Source of the DNA: Rebecca billardiae RCC1528
Lineage: Eukaryota > Protista > Haptophyta
Direction of reading: 5' to 3'
Length of the DNA: 64,000 bases
NCBI GenBank assembly: GCA_965240325.2
Contig: OZ251242.1
Location: 1,302,001-1,366,000, forward strand
Position 1 is the first letter of the stretch. Each line of letters begins with the position of its first letter. Positions 52,090 to 61,378 of the stretch are shown here, piece after piece. A program made the translations under genes and the position numbers. The notes under the pieces are model-generated. The model was not told the DNA's origin and made no database searches. It saw only the letters and a list, made by a program, of their open reading frames with translations.

Positions 52090-52926
52090 TCATGCTCCCG
52101 CCCTGGCACCCGCCATCGCGGAGAGCCCGAGCGAGGTGAAGCTCTTGCGCATCGACGCCGCGCCCGTGTCGGTCGCCGTCGAGTGCCTGGGCGTGCCAAA
52201 GCCGCCGGCCACGAGCGTCTGTTCGGAGAGCAGCACGCCGCTGCTGCCGGGTTGCGCCATGTGCCCCGACGCCGCCGCCTGCACGCGCCCCCGCATCCAC
52301 GCGCTCACCTCCGCCATCTCCTCGGGCACCATGCCCGAGCGGCCGCGCACAAACACGGTCGCGCTGCCGGCGAGCCGCTTGCGCAGGTCGTCGCAGTTGT
52401 CGTCCTCGTCGTCGACGAGCATGACGTCCTCGGCGCGCAGGCCGAAGGGCTCGACGAGGAGCTTGCGGATGAGCACGCTCTTCCGACCGTGCAGCATCGA
52501 GTGCTTCTCGATGTCCTCCCGCCCGAACACGCGCTCGCCGAAGAGCGGCGCCCAGCCGAGCTCGCCGAGGCACGTGTTCAGGATGCGCTGCGAGTTGCGG
52601 CTGACGACGGCGAGCGTGGCGCCGTCCGCGCGGAGGCCCTCGAGCCAGGCGGTGAGCTGCGCGACTCGCTCGCTCCCGCCGAAGCAGTGGTCGACCACGC
52701 CTTTGCTCATGTCGGTGAACGCGACGCCGCGGACGGCGAGCGTGCCGTCAAAGTCGAGCGCGACAACGCCCGCCGTCTCGGGCATGGGCAGGAACTTGGC
52801 CGCGCCCTGGCGCCCCGCGGAGCTCCGCACGGACGAGTTGGGCGTATCATCGTCGCCGCCCGCGTCGGACAGGCGGCCGAACGACCAGATCTTGCGCATC
52901 GGCGAGGGCGAGGGCTGCGCGCTCAT
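52090..52926 (-). CDS. HAD-superfamily hydrolase
   Basis: Motif I VVALDFDGTL, II VVSRN, III GRK, IV VMLVDD; intronless. Confidence 0.85.
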   Translation of the reverse strand: MSAQPSPSPMRKIWSFGRLSDAGGDDDTPNSSVRSSAGRQGAAKFLPMPETAGVVALDFDGTLAVRGVAFTDMSKGVVDHCFGGSERVAQLTAWLEGLRADGATLAVVSRNSQRILNTCLGELGWAPLFGERVFGREDIEKHSMLHGRKSVLIRKLLVEPFGLRAEDVMLVDDEDDNCDDLRKRLAGSATVFVRGRSGMVPEEMAEVSAWMRGRVQAAASGHMAQPGSSGVLLSEQTLVAGGFGTPRHSTATDTGAASMRKSFTSLGLSAMAGARAGA

Positions 52927-53366
52927 CGTGGCGCACAGCGACCGACGTGCAAGGCGGGATTCTTTGGTGCCGCATCGCTGGGACGCACGATGCGTCCGGG
53001 ACCCCCAACGGGTACCCGCTCAGTGACGAAAGACTCTGAATCTCGGTCGGGTTGCGTATTCGCTGAACCAATTGTGAGACATGCCTATGTTCAGGCGTCC
53101 CCCGATTGGGCGATGCAGAACCACATCAGGGTGATGAATCGGCCCACGCCAACCGCCACAGGGTCAAACCTTGTACAACCACCTACGCGAGTCCTGGACC
53201 GCTTCTGAGTTGACTATGGTTCAGGAGGTCATCATTCCGCTATTGACGCGACGCGGTGTTGGTATCATCAATATTCGCCTGAGCCTGAATTCGTCCAATA
53301 TTAATCGAAGAGATGCATTAGAATTGAGCTCGCTGACGGAGCCTGCCCGCGGCTGCACCGCCGTCC

Positions 53367-54512
53367 TCACGGCGCACCATCCCAGTCGGCGTCGAAGAGC
53401 GGCTCGGTGCGCTCCCAGAAGGTGCCCGCCACCACCCCGCCGCTCGGCCCGAAGCGCACGCCCTCCGCGCCGAGCAGCTCGCGCTGCGTCCGCCCGCCCG
53501 CGCCCTCGGCCAGGCTGATGCGACCCGACGCGCCGAGCACGCGCTGCCACGGCGCGCGCTCGGCGCGGCAGAGGCCTTCGGCGAGCAGCCGACCCACCAG
53601 CCGCGCGCGGCCCGGGTACCCAGCCAGCGCGGCGACCTGGCCGTATGCCGCCACCTTGCCCACCGGGATGCGCTCGATCACGCGCAGCACGCGCCACGCG
53701 AGGCGCGCGGCCGCGCGCGGCGGCGCGGCCGCGCGCGCCGCGGAGGCCTCGGCCGGCGCGCGCCGCTGCGCCAACCTGTCAGGTTGCCCCGAGCCGGCGC
53801 ACGCCGCAGCCGTCTGCTGCGCCCGCCGCTCAGGCAGCCGCTCAGGCTGGCTGAGCGGCTGGAGTGTGCGGCTGTGCGCGAGGGCGAGGTCGAACCAGTG
53901 GCGCAGCCGCTCGTTGCCGCGGAAGTGGGCGAGCTCGACGAGCAGCAGCGCGCCCGGGAGCCTCTGCCCGCCCCACGCCTCGCAGCGCGACACGCCGCCG
54001 CGGTGCGCGCCCGCTCGCAGCTGCGCCGCCGCCGCCGCCTCGCCCACGCAGGCGAGCAGCCGCGCGGGCGCGCGCAGACTCACGCCGAGGAGGAGGTGGT
54101 CGCGGAGCGTCCAGACGCGCATGCCGAGCGTGGTGCGCTCGTGCACCGCCCATCCGTCGGGCGCGTGCTCGTCCACAAAGGCGCGCACGCCGCTGAGCAC
54201 GCCGGCCACACCGGCCGACGCCGGCAGCGGCTCTGCCCTCGACCGCCCGTCGTCGCCCGCCGCGTCGATCATCGCGCCGTCGTGCGCCGGCTGCTCCGCA
54301 CGCAGCCGCTTGGAGGCGCGCGCGGCCGGCGGCGGCGCCGCCGCGCGCTCGCGGCGCGGCGCGCGGCGCGCGGCGGCGCGCGGTGGCGGCGGTTGGGGAG
54401 ACTCGAGGCCGAGGGAGCGCAGGTACTCGCGATTCCGCTCGATCGCCATATCGCGCGCGCGCTCGTACTCCGTCTGCGCTCGCGACCAGTCGCCGTCGCG
54501 CGCCGGCAGCAT
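53367..54512 (-). CDS. Alkyltransferase-like (ATL; MGMT DNA-binding fold) protein with N-terminal extension
   Basis: IPVGKVAAYGQVAALAG...ARLVG...PWQRV...GRIS...QRELLGAEGV (Trp replaces the catalytic Cys of PCHR); N-terminal TEYERAR...IERNREYLRSLGL. Confidence 0.85.
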   Translation of the reverse strand: MLPARDGDWSRAQTEYERARDMAIERNREYLRSLGLESPQPPPPRAAARRAPRRERAAAPPPAARASKRLRAEQPAHDGAMIDAAGDDGRSRAEPLPASAGVAGVLSGVRAFVDEHAPDGWAVHERTTLGMRVWTLRDHLLLGVSLRAPARLLACVGEAAAAAQLRAGAHRGGVSRCEAWGGQRLPGALLLVELAHFRGNERLRHWFDLALAHSRTLQPLSQPERLPERRAQQTAAACAGSGQPDRLAQRRAPAEASAARAAAPPRAAARLAWRVLRVIERIPVGKVAAYGQVAALAGYPGRARLVGRLLAEGLCRAERAPWQRVLGASGRISLAEGAGGRTQRELLGAEGVRFGPSGGVVAGTFWERTEPLFDADWDGAP

Positions 54513-54667
54513 CGCGTCGAGAAGGCGCGGCCCCACGCCCGCGCGGCGGCGCTCGCGAGCAGCCAACGGGCTGCCGCGCCGGACTCTCCCTTCCCAGTTC
54601 CCGCCGGCCCGGACTTCGACTGGGCCGGCGCGAGGCGTCTGCTGCGCCGCCGACGCAGCCAGCCATC

Positions 54668-57600
54668 ATGCCGTCGCTCGAACGCCACGCCACGCTCGAC
54701 GCGTCGTCGCTGGAGAAGGAGGAGCTCGAGGTGTCCACGATCACGCTGTACCAGCGCGACGCGGCCCTCTTCCGCGGCACCATCATCGCCGTCAACTCCG
54801 AATACATCTGCTACGCCATCAAGGGTGCGCGGCAGCGGCCTCGGCGGCGCGCGCGGCGGCGTGGCGCGGGCGCGCGCGCGCGCGCGCGCGCAGGTGGGGA
54901 AGCGTGCGCGGCGCTGGCGGCGTGCGCGCCCACCCGCCCCCGCGCTCGCGCGCAACCCCTCGCCCACCGCTGTGCCGCGCAGGCGGCATGATCCGCGTGA
55001 TCAACCGCGTGGACGCGCAGCGCGCGCTGCTGCGCGGCTTCAGCAAGCATGTTTCAGACATGGCGTTTGCGCCGACGGAGGAGGCGGCGGAGGAGGATGA
55101 GGAGGAGGCGGAGGAGAGCGTGCTCGCGGCTGTGGGCAACGACGGCAACCTCTACGTCTGGAGCCTCTCCTCCACCGACGGCACGCTCGAGTGCGCGCGC
55201 GCGCGCGCGCCGCGCGCCGCGCCGCGCGCCGCGCAGCCGCGCCGCGCGCGCGCGCGCGCGCCGCCCGCCGGCGGCGCGCTGGGCGCGCGGCTGCGCGGCG
55301 TTGCGCGGAGCACCCGCCGACTGCCGTCCGCCGCGCCGCCCTCCGCTCTCCGCGCGCCCCCGCGCCCCCGCCGCGCAGGCCGTGCACGCTGCTGCACGCG
55401 GAGGCGGGCGCGCCCACGCCGCCCGGCTGCGCGGCGACCGACCGCGTGGCGTGGCAGCCGCACGGCGGCGGCGGCGAGGAGCGGCGCGTGCTGGCGAGCG
55501 TGCTCTCGGCGGGCGCGAGCGTGTGCCTCTGGGCCATCCACCCGTCGCAGCCCGCGCAGCCGCCCGCAACCCTCCAGCTCTCGCTCGGCGCCGCGCTGCC
55601 CGCCGCTCCGGCCGAGCGCGCCGTGCGCCACCTGGCCTTCACGCCAGACGGCGCGGCGCTGGCGCTCGCGCTGGGGTCGGAGGTGCGGATCGTCGACCTG
55701 CGCGGGCTGAGCGCGGGCGGGATCGCCTCGGGCGCCGCGCACGCCGCGCTCGGCCCCGCCGTGCGCGTGCTCGCCGCCATCGACGGCCCGGTCGACACCG
55801 TCGCGCCGGTCGCCCCGGGCGTTCTGCTGACGGGCGCGCGCGGCAACACGAGGCTGGGGCTGTGGCAGCAGGCGGGGGACGGGGGCGGGTACTCGCTCGC
55901 GTCGGAGCTGCGCGTCGCGCCGTCGGCGGGCGGCGGGGCGGAGCAGCCCGACGGCCTCGCCTACCACATGCTGTGCACGCCCGCGCCGCCGCCGTCCGAC
56001 GACGATGGCGCGGACGGTGGCGGCGGCGGCGCCGCCGCCGAGCCCGTGATCGTTTTGGCGGCGCGTGAGGCGGGGGAGGTGCTGGCGGTGCGGCTGCGCA
56101 CGGCGGCGCCGGGCGGCGCGGCGTTCTGCGCGGCCGCGGCGTACCACACCGCGCTGCCCGTCCTCGCGATGGTCGCGCGCGTCGAGGGCGGCGACGCCGA
56201 GCTGGGCGCGGACGGCGCGGACGGCGGCGGCGCGGACGGCGGCGGCGAGGAGGAGGAGGGCGCGCCCGCTGTAGCGCTGTATGCGGTGCAGACGACGGCG
56301 GTGCAGCGGCTCGCGCTGACGGCGGAGCTGCTGCCGCCCGAGGGCAGCGCGCCGGCGCCGGGCGCCGGCGGCGCGGAGGCCGCGCTCGCCGCGCAGCAGG
56401 CGCGCACGGGCATGCCCGCCGGGGTGCCGCCGCGGCTCGCCGCATCGCTCAAGCAGGGCGGCGGCGGCGGCGGCGGCGGCGGCGGCCTTCCGGATGACGC
56501 GCGCTCGACGGCGGCGACCGCGGGCGACAACGGCTCGGAGGGCGGCGAGATGAGCGACTTCCCCGCGGAGACGGAGGGCGACGAGGCCGACGACGAGGCG
56601 GAGGGCGCCGACGCCTCCGCAGCCGCCGCCGCCGCCGGTGCCGGCGGCGGCGGCAGGCCCTCTGGAGTGCTCGGGCCCGAAGGCTCAGCGTCCTGCGCGC
56701 CCGCCAAGCCGCCTTCCTCCGCGCCCTCGCCCTTCCTGCAGGCCGCGCTCGAGCGGCTGGCCGGGGGCGGCGCCGCGCCCACCGTGCCGCCCGGCGCGGG
56801 CCCAACCAGCGCCGCGGAGGGCGGCGCCGCCGGGCCGGGCCAGCTGCGCGTGCTCAAGAGGCCGGACTCCGCAGACGGCGGCGGCGGCTCGTCCGCGCCC
56901 TCCGCCACATCGGCCACGCCGCCGCCCGGCCCGCAGCCGCCGCAGCAGCCGCAGCAGCCGCAGCCGGCCGCGGCGGCGGCGGCGGCGGCGGAGCAGCACC
57001 GCGTGCAGATGGCCGCGCTGCAGCAGCTGCTCAACGCCTCCAAGCGCGCCGAGACCGCGCAGCTCGCAGCCATCGAGCGCGTGCGCGCGGACGCGAGCGC
57101 CGACCTCGCCGCGTGTGAGCGTAGGCTTGAGGCGGTGCTGGCCGCGCGCGTCGAGCAGTCGGGCGCGGCGCTGGGCGCGGCGCTGGGCGAGCAGCTGCGC
57201 GAGCTCGCGCCCGCGACGGCGGGCGCGGTGCGCGCCGCGCTCGCCGCCGAGCTGCCGCAGCTGCTCGCCCCCACCGTGCAGCGCGCGGCGCGCGACGCTG
57301 CGGTTGGCGCCGCGCCCGCCGTCGCCGCCGCCGTGCGCGACGCGCTGGCGCCTCAGCTCGCCGAGTCGGCGCGCGCCAACGCGGCGGCCGCGGCGGCGGC
57401 CGCGCCGCCCGCGCCGCCCGCCGCGACGGCCGCCGAGATCGCCTCGCCCCTCGTCGCGGCGTGCCGCGAGCAGTTCGCGCGCGTGCTCGTGCCGGCGGTG
57501 GAGGCGGCGGTGGGCGTGGCGGCCGAGCAGCTGCGCGGCGCGGTGGACGCCCACGCGGCGTCGCTGCACGCGCGCACCTCCGCCGACGTGCGCGAGGCGT

Positions 57601-58201
57601 GCGCCGCGCAGGTGAGCGCGGCGGTCGCGCCGCTGTCCGAGCTGCTCAGCGGCGGCGTGGCAGGCGCGGTGCAGGCCGCGCTCCGGCCCGAGCTCGACGC
57701 TGCGCTCGCGAGCGCGCTGCCCCCGATCGCGGCCCACATCTCGACGCTGCGCGCGGCGGTGGACGCGCTGCCCGCCACGCTTGCCACCGCGGTCGGCGGC
57801 GCCGGCCGCGGCGCGGGCGGCGGCGCCGGTGCGGACGCGGCCGCCGCCGCCGCCGCCGCCGCGGGCGCGGGCGCCGCCGCCCCGAGCGGCGGCAGCGCGC
57901 AGCACGAGGTGGACGCTCTCGTCGGGTCGGGCTACCTCGAGAAGGCGTTCGCAACAGCGCTCTCTGCGTCGGACAGCGCGCTGCTCGGCCGGCTGTGCGC
58001 GGCCGTGCCGCCCAATGCGCTGATCGAGTCGACGGACTTTGGCGCGAGTGCGCGCCGCGCGGATGTCGCGCGCCGCGCTGGGCTGGGCTGGGCTGTGTCG
58101 CCCGGCGGCGCGCGTGCGCGGTCGACGCGCGCGCGCGCCCTCGCGGCCGCGCCGCGCGCCCTCGCCCCCTTGCTCACGCCGCTTGCCGCTGTCCTGCGCG
58201 C

Positions 58202-58253
<52 letters not shown>

Positions 58254-58767
58254 AGGCACGACGCAGTCGAAGCAGATTGTGCTCATCTCGCTGCTGCAGC
58301 AGCTCGGCGAGCAGCTCGCCGCGGGCGCGCGCGGGCCGAGCGGCGCGCGCGTGGGCGGCGCGCGCTGGCCCTCACTGCAGCTGGACTGGCTGTCAGAGGC
58401 GCTGCTCGCGCTCACGCCGGCTGAGCCGGTGATCGCGGGCTCGGTGGCGCAGGTGCTGGGCGTGGTCACTCACGGTGCGCGCGCGGTGCGCCGAGCGCCA
58501 CGCCGCGCCACGCGCGGTCGGAGGCCTGGGGGCGGGGCGGCAGCCTCCCCGCGCCGCACCCGCGCGCGCCCGCGCGCCGCCCCGCTCCTGCGCTGCGCAC
58601 ACTCTCAACCGCGCGACCCGCCGCCGCCGCCGCCGCCGCCGCCGCGTGTGCGCGTGGCAGGGCTCGAGGCCGCGAAGGGCGTGGGCGGCCTGCCGGACGA
58701 GGGCGCGGTGCGGCGGCAGATGCAGATCGCGCTGCACCTCGTGCGCAGCTGCAACGCCACGGCCTGA
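54668..58767 (+). CDS. EDC4: Enhancer of mRNA-decapping protein 4 (Ge-1/VARICOSE); exons 54668-54824, 54983-55190, 55379-~58045, 58256-58474, 58661-58767
   Basis: EVSTITLY...GTIIAVNSEYICYAIKGGMIRVINR...RALLRG...VSDMAF WD40 start; C-terminal QIVLISLLQQL...LDWLSEALLAL. Confidence 0.88.
58201..58252. repeat. (GTGC)n microsatellite at the 3' end of an EDC4 intron
   Basis: Directly visible next to the CAG acceptor. Confidence 0.9.
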
Positions 58768-59634
58768 GCGCGCGGCGGGTGAGGAGGGCAGGGGCCCCGC
58801 GCGCCGGCTCGGCTGCTGCCGCTGGCCCGTGGCGCGGGCAGCGCGCAGCGCGCAGCGCGCAGCGCAGCCGAGTGCACGGCGCAGGCGAGAGCGGCGGGGC
58901 GGCCGCGCGGCCATGCGGGGCGGCTGCTGCCTCCCAGCGGACGCCCAGAGGCTCTGTGAGAAGAGGCGGCGGGGCGTGGCATGCAGGCTCAGGCTGCTGC
59001 GCGGCGATGGCTGGCTGGCGGGCTGCTCGGCTCTGCGGATCTGCTCGGCCGTGCCGCCGCCTGGCGCCGCCTGCGGGCCTCGGCCCTCCGGGCCGTGGGC
59101 GTACTCGGTACTGGCCGGCCCGCGCCGCCCTGTGGCAAAACGCGCCTGCTGCTGTACTGCTACTAGTACTAGCGCTACTGCTGATGATCGTCATCGATGC
59201 TGATGGCTGTGCTGATGCGCGATATTCTCTGCCACTAGAGACTAGAGAGTATCAAGCATTAGCAGCGCCCGCCGGCGGTACCGCCACTCGCCAGTAGTGA
59301 TGAGCGAGTGGGCTGCTCCGACTGTGACACACCACTCACCTCACAGTCAGGACTCACAGGAGTCACACGTCTGTCACACCGCCCGTCACACGAGCCTCCG
59401 CCTCGTCGCTCCACTCGGGCCGTGCACGCGCATCGGCTGCGTGCGCGGCACGTACACCGCCGCGCGCATTTCAGCACATACGGCGATGAATGAAGTCAGG
59501 CCGCAAGGCCCCGTGGCTGGCTCCTGGCAGCCCATCGCAGCCCATGCGGCGCGAGGAACGCGGCTGCGAGCACTCGCACGCCGCGCACTCCCAATCCAAG
59601 CCTGCGCAGCCAGCATCCGCCAAGGGCCGGTCGC

Positions 59635-61062
59635 TCAGCGCAGCCCACAGCGCAGGGGCGGCAGCTGCGCCACGTGCTGCGCTGTTGATTGCACTCGGGT
59701 TCTGCTGTCGTCGACGCCCAGGCCGAGCGCGCCACATGTTATGCCGCACGCGTGCACGCCACCGTCCGCTGTGACGTACAGGGCGTGAGATGGGCCAAAA
59801 GAGCAGCCGAGCACGCGCGCATGCGCGAGGCCCTCCACCCGCTCGGGCAGCAAGCGACAGATTTGGTCCCCCACCCGACGGCGAAGCCCCAGCTGGCCGT
59901 TGTGGTTGTTCCCAAACGCGTGCACGCTGCCGTCCGCGCACACCACCGCGCTGGCGCAAGTACCCGCGCTGGCGCGCACGGCACGCACGCCGCCCAGTGC
60001 TTCGATGCGCGTGGGCACCGAGCGATCCGCCTCGTCACCGTGGCCGAGGGCGCCACCATAATGACCTCCGAAGGAGTGCACGCCGCCCGCTGCGTCCACC
60101 ACCAGGCTGTGGAGGTGGCCCGCGCTCACGTGCACGGCATGCACGCCCGCGAGCGCTGCGATGCGCCGCGGCGTGCGCTGGTGCTGCTCGTCACCGTGGC
60201 CAAGGCGGCCATAATTGTCACGCCCACACGAGTACAAGGCGCCACACACCGAGAGCAGCAGCGTGTGCCAGTAACCCGCAGACATGCCGCCCACGCGCAC
60301 GCCGTCCAGCGCCTCGATGCGCACAGGCTCCAGCCGGTCCACAGTGTCGCAGTGGCCGAGCTGGCCGTGCTCGTTGAATCCCCAGCTGTACACCCCGCCC
60401 GCAGCAGTGAGCGCGAGGGTGTGATGGCACCCGGCGCCCACGCCGACGACCAGCTCAGCGCCCAGCGCCGCCACCTGCACGAACGCCCGTCGCTCAGCCT
60501 TGTCGCCCACGCCCAGCTGACCGCAGTGGTTGCTGCCGCACGTGTACACGGCGCCCGCCTCGCTCAGCGCGAGCAGGTGGTAGCTACCGGCAGCCACTGC
60601 ACGCACGTGCACCGCCTCCAGCGAGCCCACGCGCGTCGGCACGAGCACGCGCGTCCCCCTGCTGAGCTCGGGATGGCCCAGCGGCACGCCGCACGTGTGC
60701 ACGCCGCCGTCCACGTCGACAAACGCGCTGAACGCGCCGTCATAGACTCCACCGGAGGCTGCAGCGTGCGTGTGTTCGTGCGCGAGCTCGAGAATACCCT
60801 CGCGCGCGAGCAGCTCCTCCGCCCACGTGGACGCACCATCAGGCAGGGTTGTTGGCAGCGCGGCCTCGTGCGCGCGTGCTCGCGCGCGCTCGCGCAGCGC
60901 GTGCTCGAGCGGCGCACCGCGGAAGAGGCGCGCGGCGGCGTTGGCGGCGGTGAGATCACGCATGCCATCAAGGTGGGTGAGGATGCGCGCGACGAGCTCG
61001 GGTGGCAGGTCGGTGAGCCGCGCCTCGGCAGGCGCCTCGGCAGGCGCGCACGCCGCGTCCAT
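59635..61062 (-). CDS. F-box + RCC1-repeat protein
   Basis: LTDLPPELVARILTHLD (F-box); repeated VAAGSYHLLALS..GAVYTCGSN..GQLG RCC1 blades; intronless. Confidence 0.88.
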   Translation of the reverse strand: MDAACAPAEAPAEARLTDLPPELVARILTHLDGMRDLTAANAAARLFRGAPLEHALRERARARAHEAALPTTLPDGASTWAEELLAREGILELAHEHTHAAASGGVYDGAFSAFVDVDGGVHTCGVPLGHPELSRGTRVLVPTRVGSLEAVHVRAVAAGSYHLLALSEAGAVYTCGSNHCGQLGVGDKAERRAFVQVAALGAELVVGVGAGCHHTLALTAAGGVYSWGFNEHGQLGHCDTVDRLEPVRIEALDGVRVGGMSAGYWHTLLLSVCGALYSCGRDNYGRLGHGDEQHQRTPRRIAALAGVHAVHVSAGHLHSLVVDAAGGVHSFGGHYGGALGHGDEADRSVPTRIEALGGVRAVRASAGTCASAVVCADGSVHAFGNNHNGQLGLRRRVGDQICRLLPERVEGLAHARVLGCSFGPSHALYVTADGGVHACGITCGALGLGVDDSRTRVQSTAQHVAQLPPLRCGLR

Positions 61063-61378
61063 GGAGGTGGCTCGGTTGCGGGAGTCCCTTCCTTCAAACG
61101 GGGGGTTCGTCGAGGCGACCAGGGCTCCCAAGCTTGGAGCTTGCTTGATGATGAAAAGTGAAGGGAGCCACTGTCTTTCTGTCAATCAAATCGTTCGGTC
61201 TTGAAGTTCGAAGTGAAGAGTCAAGAGCCCCTGAAGCCGCGTCGTTCGGCAGCAGTGAGCGCTCGTGCGAGCGGCGGGACACTCGCGCGGAGCGGCCGCG
61301 CTGCTCGGCGCGTCGGCCTCAGCGGCGGCGCGAGCAGTGGCGCGCGGCGCCGCACGCGCGGCGCCCGCCCGGCACCCC

